From positions 2,170,001-2,234,000 of the forward strand of contig NW_027117338.1 in NCBI RefSeq assembly GCF_038025025.1: a stretch of 64,000 nucleotides of DNA, written 5' to 3'. The notes under the pieces are model-generated. The model saw nothing but the letters and a program-made list of their open reading frames with translations, ran no database searches and was not told where the DNA came from. The position numbers and the translations under genes are program-made. Of this stretch, positions 1 through 13,420 are shown in pieces. The stretch's first letter is position 1. Each line of letters begins with the position of its first letter. Source of the stretch: Phyllosticta citribraziliensis (lineage: Eukaryota).

Positions 1-416
1 AATGTGCAGGGACCGGCCATGCTTTGTTTCTTTTGCCTGATGATGCGCCGTTAGGCCGTTGGACGATGAAATCACCACAACCACGTGCTCATCAGACCAT
101 GATGCGTCCATGTCAATACTACAAGTCTACTCTTCTCCCGATCCAGCACGCTGTTCGAAAAGGACATTACATTATAAGAAAAAAATATACCTACCACCGC
201 TGAGGCCACAATGAAGTCAAACCGGTCGTGTGAGCCTCAGGCGCTCGTCGACAATCCCAAGCCAAACCCCTGTCCCTCTTGCCGTGGTCCATAAGCCATA
301 TCAAACGCATCCAAGAAGCCACAAGAACCAATTGTTCTGTACAAGTCTTTCTATCCCATTATAATGTTTGCCAAGCCATCGCATGTTGCCTGTCACCCAC
401 CAGATTGACCACCCCA

Positions 417-1955
417 TCACAACGCCCTTCCCACCGGTGCACCCCGTTTGCTATTCTTCGGCGAGAGCCTCGGCGGCATCATTCCTGGCGAAGGAGCCCT
501 CGTCATTTCCGACAATCTTGACCCCTTGGCCACGCCGGCTCCACCCGACAGGTCCAGCTTCTTGTCAAGGTCGGAATGGCTCTGATTGAAGTAAGCTTCG
601 AAGAACTCGCTGAGGTGCGAGCCATCTGGGCTTCCAATCGGGAGAGATGTCTCGAGCGTGCTGGTGCTGAAGCTGTAGCGACGGCTCTGGGCGCTGGTAC
701 TACGGGATGAACACTCGTCCGTCATGGTTGTCGTGTGACCTGGGAATGGGAAGCCACGGTCGATGGTGCTGTCGGACAGGTTGCGCGAATGCCGAGAAGA
801 AGTGCTGCTCTTATCACTCTCGGAGCTATAAAGGGACTGTCTCGTCATGTAGACGTTTGTTGGGAATGTGTAGTTGGGGATTTGAGCATTGGAGGGCTGT
901 GTCTTGAATTCCGACTCTGTCGAATGACTTTAGCAACCATGGCAAATCTTGAGTCGCTCGAGAAGCTACTCACGAGTAGAGTACTTCTGCGAACCAGCCG
1001 GCGATAGGGACCGAGACTCGTCTTGAGAGCGTTGTGGCACATAGTGGGAGATGATTTTCGACGGCGAAGGAGGCCAGTTGGTGGGAGACGCAGGGTCCGA
1101 CATACTGCTCCCGCCAATGGTAAAGTCAACCGAAACAGCCATCGACTTTGTATTCAAGTCTGATTCGGATCGAAATGGTGCCATTCGCGGTACCCGTTCC
1201 ACAACCGGCTGGTTCGTAGGGTCGTGCATTTTGCGGACCGGAGCCAAGGGATCAGGGGACACTCTGAGGATAGAACTCTGCTGTCCATTGCGGTTGGTTG
1301 CGGGGTAAAAAGTGCTTTCGGGAGCGGCCGGCGATGGGGGCACATCCATGCTCATGTCGACTCCGCCATGGTTCTTCCTGCCATTGAGCTCCGCCTCGGA
1401 CGGCTGCAACTTGAGCGACGACGATTTGTTCCGCAGAATTGAAGGCAAGCTCTTGCCCGAGTCATTCGTCTTAACCCGAGGCAGCTGCGTCACGCTGGCT
1501 GCGGGAGAAATGAGCTTCGGCGTGGAGCTGGTTCCAACCAGAGTGTTGCCGCTGATGGAAGTGTTGCGCGAAGTACATGTCGAGGTCGGGCGGGACTGAG
1601 ACACTCCACCAAAATAGCCCGCTTCCAGCGCGCGGACGCCGAACAGATCCCCCTCGTCCTTGGTCCTTTGGGCGAATGCGAGACGGGGGTTGTCGAGACG
1701 CAATTTCTCCGATTTCTCAATCGACATCTTCTCCAACCTAGTCTCAACATTAGCTGGACACGACTTGAGCACAACTGCATAACAACTGACTTTGATCGAG
1801 TAAACAGCATTTTGATGGCACCGACGACCAGAGTCGCTGCGATCAAAAGACCGAAGACGAAGCTATGTTGTGGGTCAGCTCAGTCAAAGGCAGTGAAGAG
1901 TGGAAAATTGTTACGTGTATTTCCATGCTAAGCCAAGGCTGCTCCAGAAAGACAT
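417..1955 (-). CDS. Conserved fungal hypothetical protein with one N-terminal TM helix and a long Ser/Pro-rich tail (about 4 exons)
   Basis: ATG at 1955 (MSFWSSLGLAWKY) is spliced via GT..AG introns to a hydrophobic segment (FVFGLLIAATLVVGAIKMLF). It continues into ORF 966-1772 (motif GDLFGVRALEAGYFGGVSQSRP) and the last exon, ORF 417-848. Confidence 0.7.
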
Positions 1956-4900
1956 GATGAGCAATGTGTCCGTAGGGCTGGAGAAGGGTACAACTTGGAC
2001 TGCTGAATCAAGCGAGTGACAGTATTGGAGGAAACAAGGCGATCGAAATGAACAGTATCCAAAAGAGTGGCAGCAACGGCAGAGACGAGACGCTCTGCGC
2101 GCGCGAAAGGAGGGTGGAGTAGCGGGAGGGAGGAAAGGACTCGAAAACTCGGCTCCAAGCGTCAGGATGGTGGGTGCGCTTTGTAGGAGAGTGACTCGAG
2201 GGCCAGCCGGCGCAAGTCCCCACAATGGCTTGAAGATGAACCGACTAATCGTCTCAAATGACCGTGGTCTAAGCTGAAACGGCTCTTCGGTCCCAGCCCG
2301 TTGCAACAAAAAGGTGTGCTAACAGAGGCACAGGAGAGTCGAAAGATTGACAGCAAAAGAGTGGTAAGTGGCTCATTGTGAAGTCTGAAAGAGACGGACA
2401 GTGCCGCGGAGAAGGAGAAGAGGGCGATTGAACAACAAAGCCAAGATGGCCAAGATACATTCAGTGGCTTTGGTAGGAAAGAACATGCCTTGCGACTCGC
2501 GTGTTCCCCACGATGGTGGCGTCGACGAGCAGAAGTCTTCTTGCCAGAAATGGCTGCCAAGGATGACGCGTGCCGTTCCGAGCTTTCAGGGAGGAAGACA
2601 TGAAGGCTCACTTTGGACGTTTGGCAGCCGTATGTGGCTGAGGGCTAGGACAAGTCGAGGACGTTTCGGCGCTTTAGCTCCATCGAAATCTGGGAGGTCT
2701 TGTTTGTGGACATTTCGATTAAGTCTGGTTCGTGGCTTGGAGGATGCGGATTTTGCCCTGCCTCATTCCAGATGTCGTTTAGATGGGAATGGGACGGCTT
2801 TGGACATGTTGTCGGGATATCGGTTGATGTGGGCGGCCTGGTAGTTTCATCGCTTGGCCGTTATGGGGGTTTGTCAGAAGCTCGAGGGCCTTTGATGTTT
2901 GGAGTTGGCATCAAGAGGCGTTGGCGAGATGTCGCTTGGTGGGGAAAACAGGAACAGGTTTAGCGCGAGGGCCAAGTCCCGTTCAAAATAGACGCCGTCG
3001 GCTGGACCTCCGCTGACACTGAACGCCCCGGCAGCCCTCACTTTGGCTCGCCCTCGCCCTGCTGGCTCTGGTCCATCTCCTCAGGGGGTGAGATGATGTC
3101 TGGCAGATTGAGAATCCAACCACAGGGGGGCACACTATTTAGCCCACCCTCCTCAGAAAGCTGAATCTCGCAGTCTCCGTCCTCGGCCTCTGCAACAAAC
3201 ACCAAACCAAAACACCTCTGAAGCGGACCGTATGTGTCTTTCACTTATCAGAGCAGCCCTGCCAACCTGCTTGGAGCTTGCGCCCGGGCCGTTCGAGATG
3301 GCGCCGCCTTCCGGTTCTGTTCAAGACCACAATTGGCAGCCGCATTCGTCTCATGGGAATTCGCGCTGCATGTGGAAGCGTGGCGAGCCGCGCGTTCGTC
3401 GTCGTCTTCTGCATCCCGCGTTGCACTTGTCGCACGCAACCTTCCACGTTGCGAAGCCGAGTTGCATCGTTTGCCAGATCGAGAAGATGTCTGGCTCGAA
3501 TCATCACGAAATGCTCGGATCGGGGCTTGTCATTGGAGTCACAGCGTGAAACGACTCCAAAAGACTCAAAAGTTCCTTGCGTTGCTCAGGTCGGGATTTC
3601 AAAATAGTGATGCAGCGGCCCGCCCTACCCATCCTGGCCACTGTCGAACTTTACCGCCTTTCGACACTGAAGCCCGGGAGTTCCGTTGAACCGGATTAGC
3701 AGCAGGCAAATGTCGTCACCAAACTGCAAAAGCATTCCACCTAAGCACTGAATCACGATAATGCGTTGTTCAACACGGCTTCCTACGCAAACGAGCAAAC
3801 TGAATATTTTTGGAACTTTCGCCAAGCGCCTAGCATGATTTGCGTAACAGAACGTGTGATTTTCAGGCACACGCCCTTCTGGCTTCGCAAGGCTGTCAAG
3901 CTGGCAAGCAATCTGCCTTGGAGCTCTTCCACGGCCTTGCTGAGCTTTGAATCTCACCAAACCGTCATTCGACCTTTGACCGTATTGCTTTGTCAGATTC
4001 TTGGAAAGGACCAATTTTTTCGTCTGGGCAAAGCTGGGCAAGCACGACATGAACATGTCTACAACTCGAAGCCTGCATGCGGCTTGTCATCACCAAAGAC
4101 TTCTGCCTCCGGAAAGTTTCACACCTGTGCGACGTGGCTAATCCAAAAGGAAACACGATTGCTCGACACAAGGAGTGTGGGCTGGAATCGGGACGCACAA
4201 CGCCAAATTTTTATATTGACATTACGTTGCTAGAGACGGCACGAAAATTTCCTTTGCTTTCAAGAGTCAAACTGTTATCGCTGCACGTCGCAAGTCTGTG
4301 GGGCCCTTGGGTGGTCATCCTCTGCAACAGGGTCTCCAAGAGATCAGTCGTCTCCGCAGCTGACGACAGAGGCAAGTGATGTGCGGCATCATGTGGATTG
4401 TCGCAGCCGGGGAAAAAGAGTGCCGACGGGCCATTTGGACAGCGCGCAGCACCGGCTCCGCGATACCGCACGGGTTCGGTTATTGTTTGGATTGCTGCTC
4501 GGCCGACGGCTGCGCCCGTGGTGGTGTGTGGTTGGCAGCCGCTCTGGCATAGCCGAATGTACAAGCCAGTGGCTTGACGCAATGAGCCTCACGGCTGTCA
4601 AGGCCCAGTAGCCGTCCCCACAGCATGCCTGCAAGCTCAGTCAGCCCTTTGAGGCGTGTTTTTCTCACATCACCACAACTGACAAGCTTTTGTAGATCAA
4701 ACGGCCTTTCATACTTATTCAAGCAGTCAAGCTTACAGTTGACGCCCCTTCTCTGCATTCCATAATACCGCCACGAATGTCAACAAATGCAAGTTATCCT
4801 CAACCATGCCACCGGAGAATTCGAGGGGCCGCTTGAAGACAGCGGTCGACTTCGGATCCTTGAAGGCGTGGAGAACTCCAAAAACCCCATCGACATGTGC

Positions 4901-5221
4901 ATTGGGGCCACGAAAAGCCACCAGCTGTACCTTTACCCAATCACTTGGAAAAATAAGCGACGGTCAAACTAGATCCGGTCTGCCCTATGCATGCTGCAAG
5001 TTAGTTCCTTCTTCGAGCACACGCTTGCGCTGAGCTACTACTCGCATAACTCTTGGAAAGACCCTCTTGTGGCAAAGATGTACAACCTCAAAAAACCACC
5101 CGAACCTGCACCTGACGTGATCGCACTCTTCGTTTTCAGCCTGCGGAGCCGGCCAAGTGAGCCGCAGCTACATCCTTCAGGCTGCAAGATATGATTAGAA
5201 CACTGATGGTTATCTAGTTTT

Positions 5222-5229
5222 TATAAATA
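5222..5229 (+). promoter_or_regulatory. TATA box of the tyrosinase-like gene
   Basis: TATAAATA about 150 nt upstream of ATG 5377. Confidence 0.5.
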
Positions 5230-5376
5230 CTCGAAGAGATGTTTTGGTCCTCGTCTTTCCTGTCTCCAGCGTTGGTCGGAATCTTGACTTTCATTATCTA
5301 TATCTGTATTTCTGCAGTCTTTCAGCACAGTCACGTTTCATTGATCTTGATCAAAAGTCTTCCCGGACTATTCAAA

Positions 5377-7384
5377 ATGCATTTTTTTCGTCTCCTTGGA
5401 ACGGCAATCATCTTTGCCGGGATATCACACTCGTCACCAACGAGAAGATTCAATGCTTTCAACTCTTCAACCATTTCAGTGGCAGACTTTGCCTCCAACG
5501 CTCTGAAAGTTGCAAAATCCAACGTCCCCTCGACTGGGGAATGCACACCGGACAAACTTATCGTCCGCAAGGAATGGTGAGTCGGATCCACAGCCCAAAC
5601 TCCCCTGGACGCAAAAGTCTTTTGAAAACATGGGGCTAATACACATCAGGGGCGCTCTTTCAGCTGAACAACGCATCGATTACACCAACGCGGTCCTTTG
5701 TCTGCAGGGCAAGAAAGCAAAGACGCCTTCGGACTTGGTTCCAGGCGCCAAGTCACGCTTCGACGACTTTATCTCGACACATATAAATCACACTTTCACG
5801 AGCCATTACACGGTAAGTGCCGAAGTTCCCGCCTGGCAGGAGCACTGCATAATCTGACCACCCATCAACTAGGCCTCGTTCCTCCTCTGGCATCGCTGGT
5901 TCATCTGGGAGTACGAAAAGGCGCTCCGTGACGAGTGCGGGTACAAGGGTTACCAACCGTACGTACAACCTGCCTTGCCCCAGACCTAGCCTAACCACAC
6001 GCCTGGCGCGTCTGACACTCGCCACTGCTGATGCTCTCCACTGCCCCCTGCACCACTGAAGCATCTGCACCGCAGTGTCTCGCGCAACTACTCGACCAGA
6101 GAGAGTCAAATAACGTCTGCAACGCTAACAAGGCTGCCCTCACAGATACTGGGACTGGGCCAAAACGGCCGAGACCGGATTGGCCGTGTCACCGCTCTTT
6201 GACGGAAGCGCGACATCGCTCAGCGGCAACGGAGAATACATCCCCTCGAACGGCACGCACATTGACATCAACGGTATCGACTTGCCCGACGGAACCGGTG
6301 GTGGATGCGTCAAGACGGGGCCCTTCAAAAACTACACGGTCAACATGGGCCCGGTGGCGCTGTCGCTGCGCTCGTCTAGTGAGAACGGGACGAGCATCGG
6401 CAGCACGGCGACGCAGTGGAATTGGAACCCGCGCTGCTTCAAGCGCGACCTCACCGACTACAGCGTGCAGCGCTTCGCCAACGAGACGAGCGTGCGCCGG
6501 CTCATTGCCGAGAGCAAGAACATGGAGCAGTTTGAGATGACGATGCAGGGCTATCCGGGGTCGGGCGAGTTAGGCGTCCATGGCGGTGGCCATTATGCTC
6601 TTGGTGAGTCTTGTCCATTTTTTCCCGTGCTTTTCTGCTTTTTTTTTTTTTTTTTTCTTTCGCTGCTTCTTCTCTTCCGCATGTCGCCGTAGCTCGTGCA
6701 TGAGGCGGCGGTACCTAGGTACTTGGCTGCCTTGCAGTGGCGCAGCGGGGGCCGCGGCAGGAAACGGTGAGATGGGGTTGGAGATGAGAAACAGGCTGGT
6801 GCAAGAAAGCAATCACGCACGCGGTACAGCGTCAAAGTCGTGTACCCAAAGGACCCATACCAGTCCACGGGGACATGACATTGCATCTGCAGTGTCACTG
6901 GCTGGCAGCTCTGACCATGCACTTGTCAACCAACTCACGACCACAGCCTCCGCCATCTCACCTCGCTCTCGCTTTCACAATGAGCCCCAAACGCACCCCT
7001 TCATCAGTCTTGCTTCCTTCTGCCATACTCTTCCACCACTACCACGCCCCCTTGCTCAAATCAGCCGCAACTGACACACCCCTTCCAGGAGGCGACCCCG
7101 GCCGCGACTTCTTCGTATCACCCGGCGATCCCGCCTTCTACCTGCACCACGCCCAAGTAGACCGGACGTGGTGGATCTGGCAGCAGCAGGCGCCCTCGAC
7201 GCGTTGCGGCGGCCCGACCGCCATCTGGGGCACGCGCACCTTCCTCAACGAGCCGCCCAGCGCCAACGCCACCTACGACGACGCCATGGACCTCGATTGG
7301 GCCGGTGCGCACTACGGCGAGGTGAGAAAGCTCGGGGACGTCATGAGCACGACTGAGGGTGGCTTTTGTTATGTGTATGAGTGA
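5377..7384 (+). CDS. Secreted tyrosinase / type-3 di-copper protein (5 exons)
   Basis: Signal-peptide-like start MHFFRLLGTAIIFAGISHS, then RKEW and SRFDDF. CuA His cluster (HINHTFTSH...FLLWHR), GYKGYQPYWDW, CuB (VHGGGH...SPGDPAFYLHHAQVDR) and terminal CYVYE. Introns at about 5577-5649, 5813-5872, 5959-6145 and 6604-7088. Confidence 0.9.
6638..6656 (+). repeat. Poly(T) homopolymer in tyrosinase intron 4
   Basis: Run of about 18-19 T. Confidence 0.9.
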
Positions 7385-8308
7385 GTGAGAGGATAGGGGG
7401 CGGGGGTCAGGGGTGGACAGGGGAGTCGGGAGGAAATTTGAAAATTTGGAATCGTTGGTGGGCTGGCTTTCCTCTTCCTGTCTCGTTTTCGTCATACTTA
7501 ATACGATTGGCACTGGGCATGAGCGAGGCGTGGGAAAGGTCTGGGCGGCGTTTCCGACATCTTTCATCATAGAAAAGGGGAAGTTGTGCCAAGGTAATTG
7601 AATTCTGTGTGCTCTTGCTTTCTGCGTATTGGTATCCAGGTCTATGTTGAATGGGTATAAACGCATGCACCTACGAGACCGCCTGCCGGCATGCTTGCTC
7701 CCTCTACCTCGAAATCCTCATCCAATCCCATCCCGTCCCATCCGAAATGCCCATGCACGCACCCCCTAGCTATGCAAAGGAGAAAAGGGAAGAAAGGAAA
7801 GGGATCATGCCAGGTGCCAGCCAGCCATGCCAACCAACCCGAATAAGCGGGCAAGGGAAACGAATGGAAAGAAGAGAGAAAGAAAGAACCTCAAAAGGCG
7901 GATGGTATAGAGCAGTTCTGTAGAAGAACCCCATTCAATGATGCCCGGCGTACCCCCAAATCCCAAATTTTCAACCGTGATGCCAGCCACCGCTTTTCTC
8001 ACCCTCGTCATGCTGCCGGCCGTTTGCGTCCCGTTCTCATGGATGTTGTGGATCCATTGCTTTTTCTCTCGTACCCCCTGTGCGCGGCCGTAGATATGCA
8101 ACCAACCCGCTAATCAATCGACCAATCTATCATGACTTTTGGAAACGTCGTAGGCCTCAGCCGGGAAATTCGTCAAGCCTCAGGTATGTACGGTATCAAT
8201 CCGAGATCGTGTAAAAGGACCTGGCTATCCAATGATGATGGAAGCAAATTCTAGAATGCGTCCGTAGGCCAAGAGAACGCCTGACCCCCTAGCAAATGTG
8301 CTAAGAAT

Positions 8309-9900
8309 CTACTTCCGCCGTCGTGAACTCGCCAAGAAGTCGTCGAGCCGGCTCCGATCCTTTGTTTGGATGTAGTACTTGCCGCCCTCGTTCGTCCAGC
8401 TGACGCTGTCGCTAAAGTATTCCCGTTCCACACTACGGAACAGGTTGACGCGGTCGTTGATGTTGAAGCTCTTGATTTCGTGGTCCGGATCGACAAACGG
8501 CTTCAGACTCACAATCTTCGCTCCCTCTTTGAGATCCAGGAAGCGGTCAAGGAGCGCACCGTTGAGCTTGGGCGAAAAGGCCTTGTTGTTCACGATGATG
8601 ACGTCGGCGCGGTTCAGCACTTGGCCAATCTCAGAGTTGTCGAGAAAATCATCGGCGAGGAGGTGAATCTTGCCAAGCGAAATGTTCCATAGCCGGGCTC
8701 TTTGCGTGATTTCGCGCTTCTGCAGTGCCGCGCAGTGGCTGGGGTTGGGCATACTTTCGATGCCCCATGACTCGCAGCCCACCTCCAGAGCCGCTTGCAG
8801 CGCCACATTGCCCACGCCTGAGCCAAGGTCGACAAACACTTGATCCGACTTGAGCCGTGTTTCCTGGAAAATACGGTGGACGAAGCGCGGAAGCAGCTCG
8901 CCGTATACGTTGTTGGAGCCTGCTTCATAGCGGCGCAAGGACGAGACGCGCGGAGAGACGGTGCGGGCGTAAGTCTGGGACAGGATATATTCCGTGAGAG
9001 GGAGGGGGATGGATTGCATTTCGTCTATGGCCTTGTTGGCTTTTCCAGACGCCATGGCATCGGAGACAAGTTTGTTGAATTCTTCTAATACATCTTTGAA
9101 CGAGGTGAAGGACTGCTGTTGGATCGCTCGCTTGAGGCGGCGCGGAAATCCAGTGCCGTCGTCGAGCAGCACCTCAGCTTCATGCGGAAAGTAGTATTTG
9201 CAGATTGTTTCGACCGACTGGATTATGTCTTCGAGAGGCTTGTAGCCCTCGTTGTCGCGTGGATAGACGAGGGAAAACCTGCCGAAAAATTAGCATCGGA
9301 CACGCATGCTCAGCGACATTAGGCGTACCGTTCACGCTGCGCCCTGCTCGGGTACTGCAGCTCCACGGTCGGTATATCGTTCAAGCCTTCAAAGGCAGGC
9401 TTGAAATCCTTCTTCAGATCGAAGCCTGACACATCCTTGTCTTTCCAATCCTCGCGGGACACCAGATCCGCGCCGTGTAGGAACTTGAGCTGCACAGGAG
9501 CGTCTTGTCCGCTGTCGTTCAGCCGAAGGCGTCGCATGACATCGGGCTCGAGACTATCGCTGCCCCGGACTCTCTTGCGCGGCGTCAGGCGCTCGTCCTC
9601 GCTCCCTTCGCTGCTGTCTCCCCAGCTCATGGGCGTCGCAGGCGTAGGTGCTTTGCGCTTCGTAAGAGTCCGCCTTTTGCCATCATTGGAGAGACTTGCC
9701 ACAGGCGCATTCCTTCGGGCGGGTGAGCTAACGGAGCGGGTGATGTTGTTTGGAAGCCTACTTGCGGGTGTAGGCAGTTTGGGACGCGGTCGCGAGGCAG
9801 GCTGAGGTGAGGCGGGCGAGTTGGAGGAGGAGGATCGCTTGACTGGGGCGAGAGTTTTGACGACGCGTGTGGTCGGCTTTTTGCTGAAGTCGATGTTCAT
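8309..9900 (-). CDS. DOT1: Histone H3K79 methyltransferase Dot1
   Basis: Motifs NNVYGELLP, VFVDLGSGVGNVALQAALEVGCESWGIE, DLKEGAKIVSLKPF and SVSWT. A 50-nt intron at 9279-9328 joins ORFs 9319-9900 and 8309-9172. Confidence 0.95.
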
Positions 9901-11011
9901 GGCGGGCTAAACTAGGCTGGTGAAGAAACCCAGAAGCCTGGTTGGCCCAGGTCCTCGCGGGAAGCTCGTGTGAGGGCGGGGGACGAGCCGAGTCTATTTT
10001 TTGTTTTCCCTGGGCAGAAAAGTGAGATAAAAGAATGTCTGTGGCGGAGCAAAGGAGCGCGGAGCGGGAGGGACGTGGTTTGGTTGAGCGACGAGAGAGA
10101 ACGAGTGCCTAGGATACATGGGTAGAGACGAGAAAAGCGAAGGGAAGCGCGAGTCGAGTGAGTAAGCATGCAGCAGCCAGCATGTCGACGCGCACATGGT
10201 CGGATCCGATCGCCACCCACCACCCCACGGCAGCCCTACCGACGGAGCCACCCACAGCCAGCCAGCCAGCCAGCATTTGACTTTGGGTGCCATTGGTCCC
10301 TGATTTCCATCCAATGCCTGTCAACTGCGACATGGATGAAAACATCTAACACCATCTCTCGCTTTGTTTGTCGTGTTTCGGCCGCCAGCCCGAGCACAGA
10401 GTGCATCATATGCATTACCATGGGACTCGATTTTTGCTACCTACAGCACTTCTCATCTATCGAAAAGCAAAGAGTCAACTCGTCCACGCCCTGCATCCAC
10501 GCGTCGACTCCACCGCCCTGACCTCCTCCGCCCACGTAAACTTTTTTGTCCAAAAGAAAACCAGATGACGTCAAGCACATTTGCTGTCGGGCGTGCGCTC
10601 AAGCCATCACGAACCGGGGAACCGTCTGTCATATCGTTGGAGGGGAGAATTGAAAACTGCTCATCTCAGACTAGCCCAAAACCTTTTGGAATTTTTGCTC
10701 ATCATCGTCAGCTGCGTCGCATTGCCATGCTTGAAGAAGCACTCTACGCCATTCACTGATGGGTATGCCGTGTGCGCACCATTGTGAATGTACGCAAGGT
10801 TGCTTATTTTTGGAGAAAAAGAGCTGGAAAGGACCCCTCTACTGCTGAGAGCAACCACTGCAGGCTGAAAAAGAAGATGAAAAGTCCGTCGCGAACCAGA
10901 AATACACCAATGCTTCGTTCAAATCCACCCCTGCGGTCCGCATCTCTCGACATTGTCGTACGTTGGGGTATGTTGGGAGTCTAAGGCGTGTCAAGGTCGT
11001 CGATCTGCTCT

Positions 11012-13094
11012 TTACGAGGCCATGGCGCGAGAGCCACCCCTGCGGTTGTTCTTCTTGTTGGACGGGACGGTGGACCATCCGTCATCGTCCTTTGCTTCAG
11101 CCGCCGGAGCAGCATCGGCACGCCTCCACGACTGCTCTTGCGGCTTTGCTTCCTTGGGAGCCTCGCTGGGCTTCGAAGCCTTGTCGTCAACAGCATCGCC
11201 GTTGGTCGTCTCCTCGTCGCCCTCGGCCGTGTCCTCCATGCGTTGCAGGATTTCGTAATTACGACCAGGGGCGGGGCTGTCGGCGCCATTTTCCTTCTCA
11301 TCCTCCTTCTTGTTGCTCTGACCCGACGCAGACCTTTCGATCTTTTCGATCTTTTCAGTCTTCTCAGTCTTCTCAGCCTTTTCAGTCTTTTCAGTCTTTT
11401 CAGTCTTTTCAGTCTTTTCAGTCTTGTCAGTCTTCTCAGTCTTCTCAGTCTTGGGGGCAGCCGCTTCTTGCTTGCGCTTTTCCTCGCGAGCCTTGTCGTC
11501 GGCTTCCTTCTTCTGGCGAATTGCGAGCTGTCTCCTCTCCTCAATCTCCCGTTCCTTAGCAGCGGTGTCGATTGGGCGCGCAGCGCCGAACGGGCTGGCC
11601 TTGGAGTCGCCCGAAGCGGAAGTGGGGGCAGCAGGGGTCTCGGAAACGGTGCGTTTTTGAAGGTTCAATTTTGGACGGGAAGCGAGAGCCGCAGGCTTTG
11701 CCGCGGGCGAAGACGGGCTGCTGACCTCGGGAGTAGCGGGCTCGGGGGATTTTGCGGCGGCCGAGTCTGGCTTCATCTTTGAACGCCAGGAGTCGTCAAG
11801 GTCGGCAGCAGTCGGCTGCCTCTCAACAGGCGGCCTGCCCTCGGAGAAGTCGCGGCGCGGCCTGGAGTTGGAGCGAGCCTCGCCCCAGTTGGGGGACATC
11901 TTGCGCTCACGGGACTCACGGGGCTCACGGGACTCACGAGTCTCACGAGGAGGGCCAGCGGAGGGGGTCGGGGAGGCCAGAGGTCCCTTGCGCTCCCAGT
12001 TGCCAAAGTCGCGGACGCGACCGTCGCTTTCGAATGGGCGGCGACGTTCACCACCACGGTCACTGCCAGCGTCAGACTCAGGACCGCCGAAGCCACGATT
12101 GAAGCCGCTGCCAGCGCTGCGGCGCTGACCCTCCGCGGGCGGAAGAGGGCCCTTGCGGGTCCAGTCATCGAAGACGCGAGTCTCAACACGGTCCTTGGCT
12201 GCACTACTGTTTAGACAACGTCCACTGAGGGATATCAAAGGATTTCAAGAAAACTTACGCGGCTCAGCAACGCTGACCTTGATGTTCCTTCCTTGGAATT
12301 GGGTACCGCTGAGGGACAGGGCCTTCTTCAAGCCGTCCAAGGTTCCAAATTCAACGTAACCGAAGCCCTTGGGCCGGTGGTCAAGCTTGTCCTCAACAAT
12401 GCGAACGTTGGTGACGTCGCAACCATCGAAAAAGTCTTGAATATCACCCTCCGTCGCGTCGTAGGACAAGTTTCCGAGATGGGCGGTGTAGGGAGGCTTC
12501 GACGGGAGCGGGAGTTCTTCACGAACAGCGAAACCGCGGTCGGCAGCACGGTCTTGAGGCGGTTAGCACTGGAGAGAGCGTGTTGGAGGAGGTATGTCGT
12601 ACCAATAGAGCTCATGCCGCCCATGCCGCCTCCAGAGGAACCAAAGGTAGGTCTCGAGCTTCCATAGCCGGTGCTGGGGCCTGTGCGAAATGATGTCAGA
12701 TGTTGCGCTGCGGGGTTGGGTGGGCAAGTCAAGGGTGACGAAGTGACGAACCACCTGGGCTTGTTAGTTTCTTGTGCGAACTCGCATGTACGTGGTGGCA
12801 TGTGTACTTACTAGTGACGGGCAGATCTTCCATCTCATCGGCCCAAGAGCCCAGAGCTGGCGCGACATGTTAGCCTCGACTGGAATCCAGGAAGTTTCAA
12901 CGGTTGCGGCGTACACTGATCGCCCAGGAAGTCCCCCAGGGACATCTTCTGGGTCTTTTGCTTCGGGGGAGCTGTGATGAAGGCTGTTAGCATCCATTAT
13001 GGGAGCCAGTGTGCGCGGCGACGGCGCTGGTTCGATGCGCGAAACGCGGTCGTCGGTAACGGGCGAATTCGGCACAGTGGAAATACACACCCAT
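11012..13094 (-). CDS. TIF3: Translation initiation factor eIF4B (RRM protein, multi-exon)
   Basis: Spliced N-terminus MAPPKQKTQKMSLGDFLGDQSLGSWADEMED. RRM (PPYTAHLGNLSYDATE...RPKGFGYVEF), repeated DFGNWERKGPL-type motifs, RPKLNLQKRT and SPFGAARPIDTA. The first coding exon is ATGG at 13091-13094. Confidence 0.92.
11335..11452 (-). repeat. Coding 9-bp minisatellite, about 13 units, encoding (TEK)n in eIF4B
   Basis: TTTTCAGTC / TTCTCAGTC units on the + strand; the protein reads KTEKTEKTDKTEKTEKTEKTEKTEKAEKTEKTEKIEKIER. Confidence 0.95.
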
Positions 13095-13420
13095 GATTGC
13101 GGTCGTCAGTCAACGCGCAGGATCAAGAGAGCGCGTTGGCTGTGGTGGATGTGAGGACTGCGGGCGCCCTCAGAAACAAGACTGCTGTGGGTGGGGGTCT
13201 GGATCGGGAATTGTGTCGTTGCGCGAACGGTTGTGGGAAGTGGATCTCGTAGGCTGAAGTTGAGGGAAAATCGCAAGTTTCCTGTCACGTGCGCCCGTCG
13301 GCCCGGGTCAAAGCTTCAACCTGAACGTTCGCATTCCATTGTCAGGTCCGCCTCAGTCGGCCTCTCTTCCTGCACCTGCAACCACCCCCTCCGACTCTCC
13401 TTTGGACCTCGCGCGCCAAA

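Noticed and set aside
2000..5200. Many short overlapping ORFs in a 3-kb intergenic region
   Set aside because: No motifs, coding bias or coherent splice structure; no transposon termini seen.
10963..11782. Long repetitive + strand ORFs (LFSLFSL / FQSFQS)
   Set aside because: They are the antisense shadow of the eIF4B TEK repeat.
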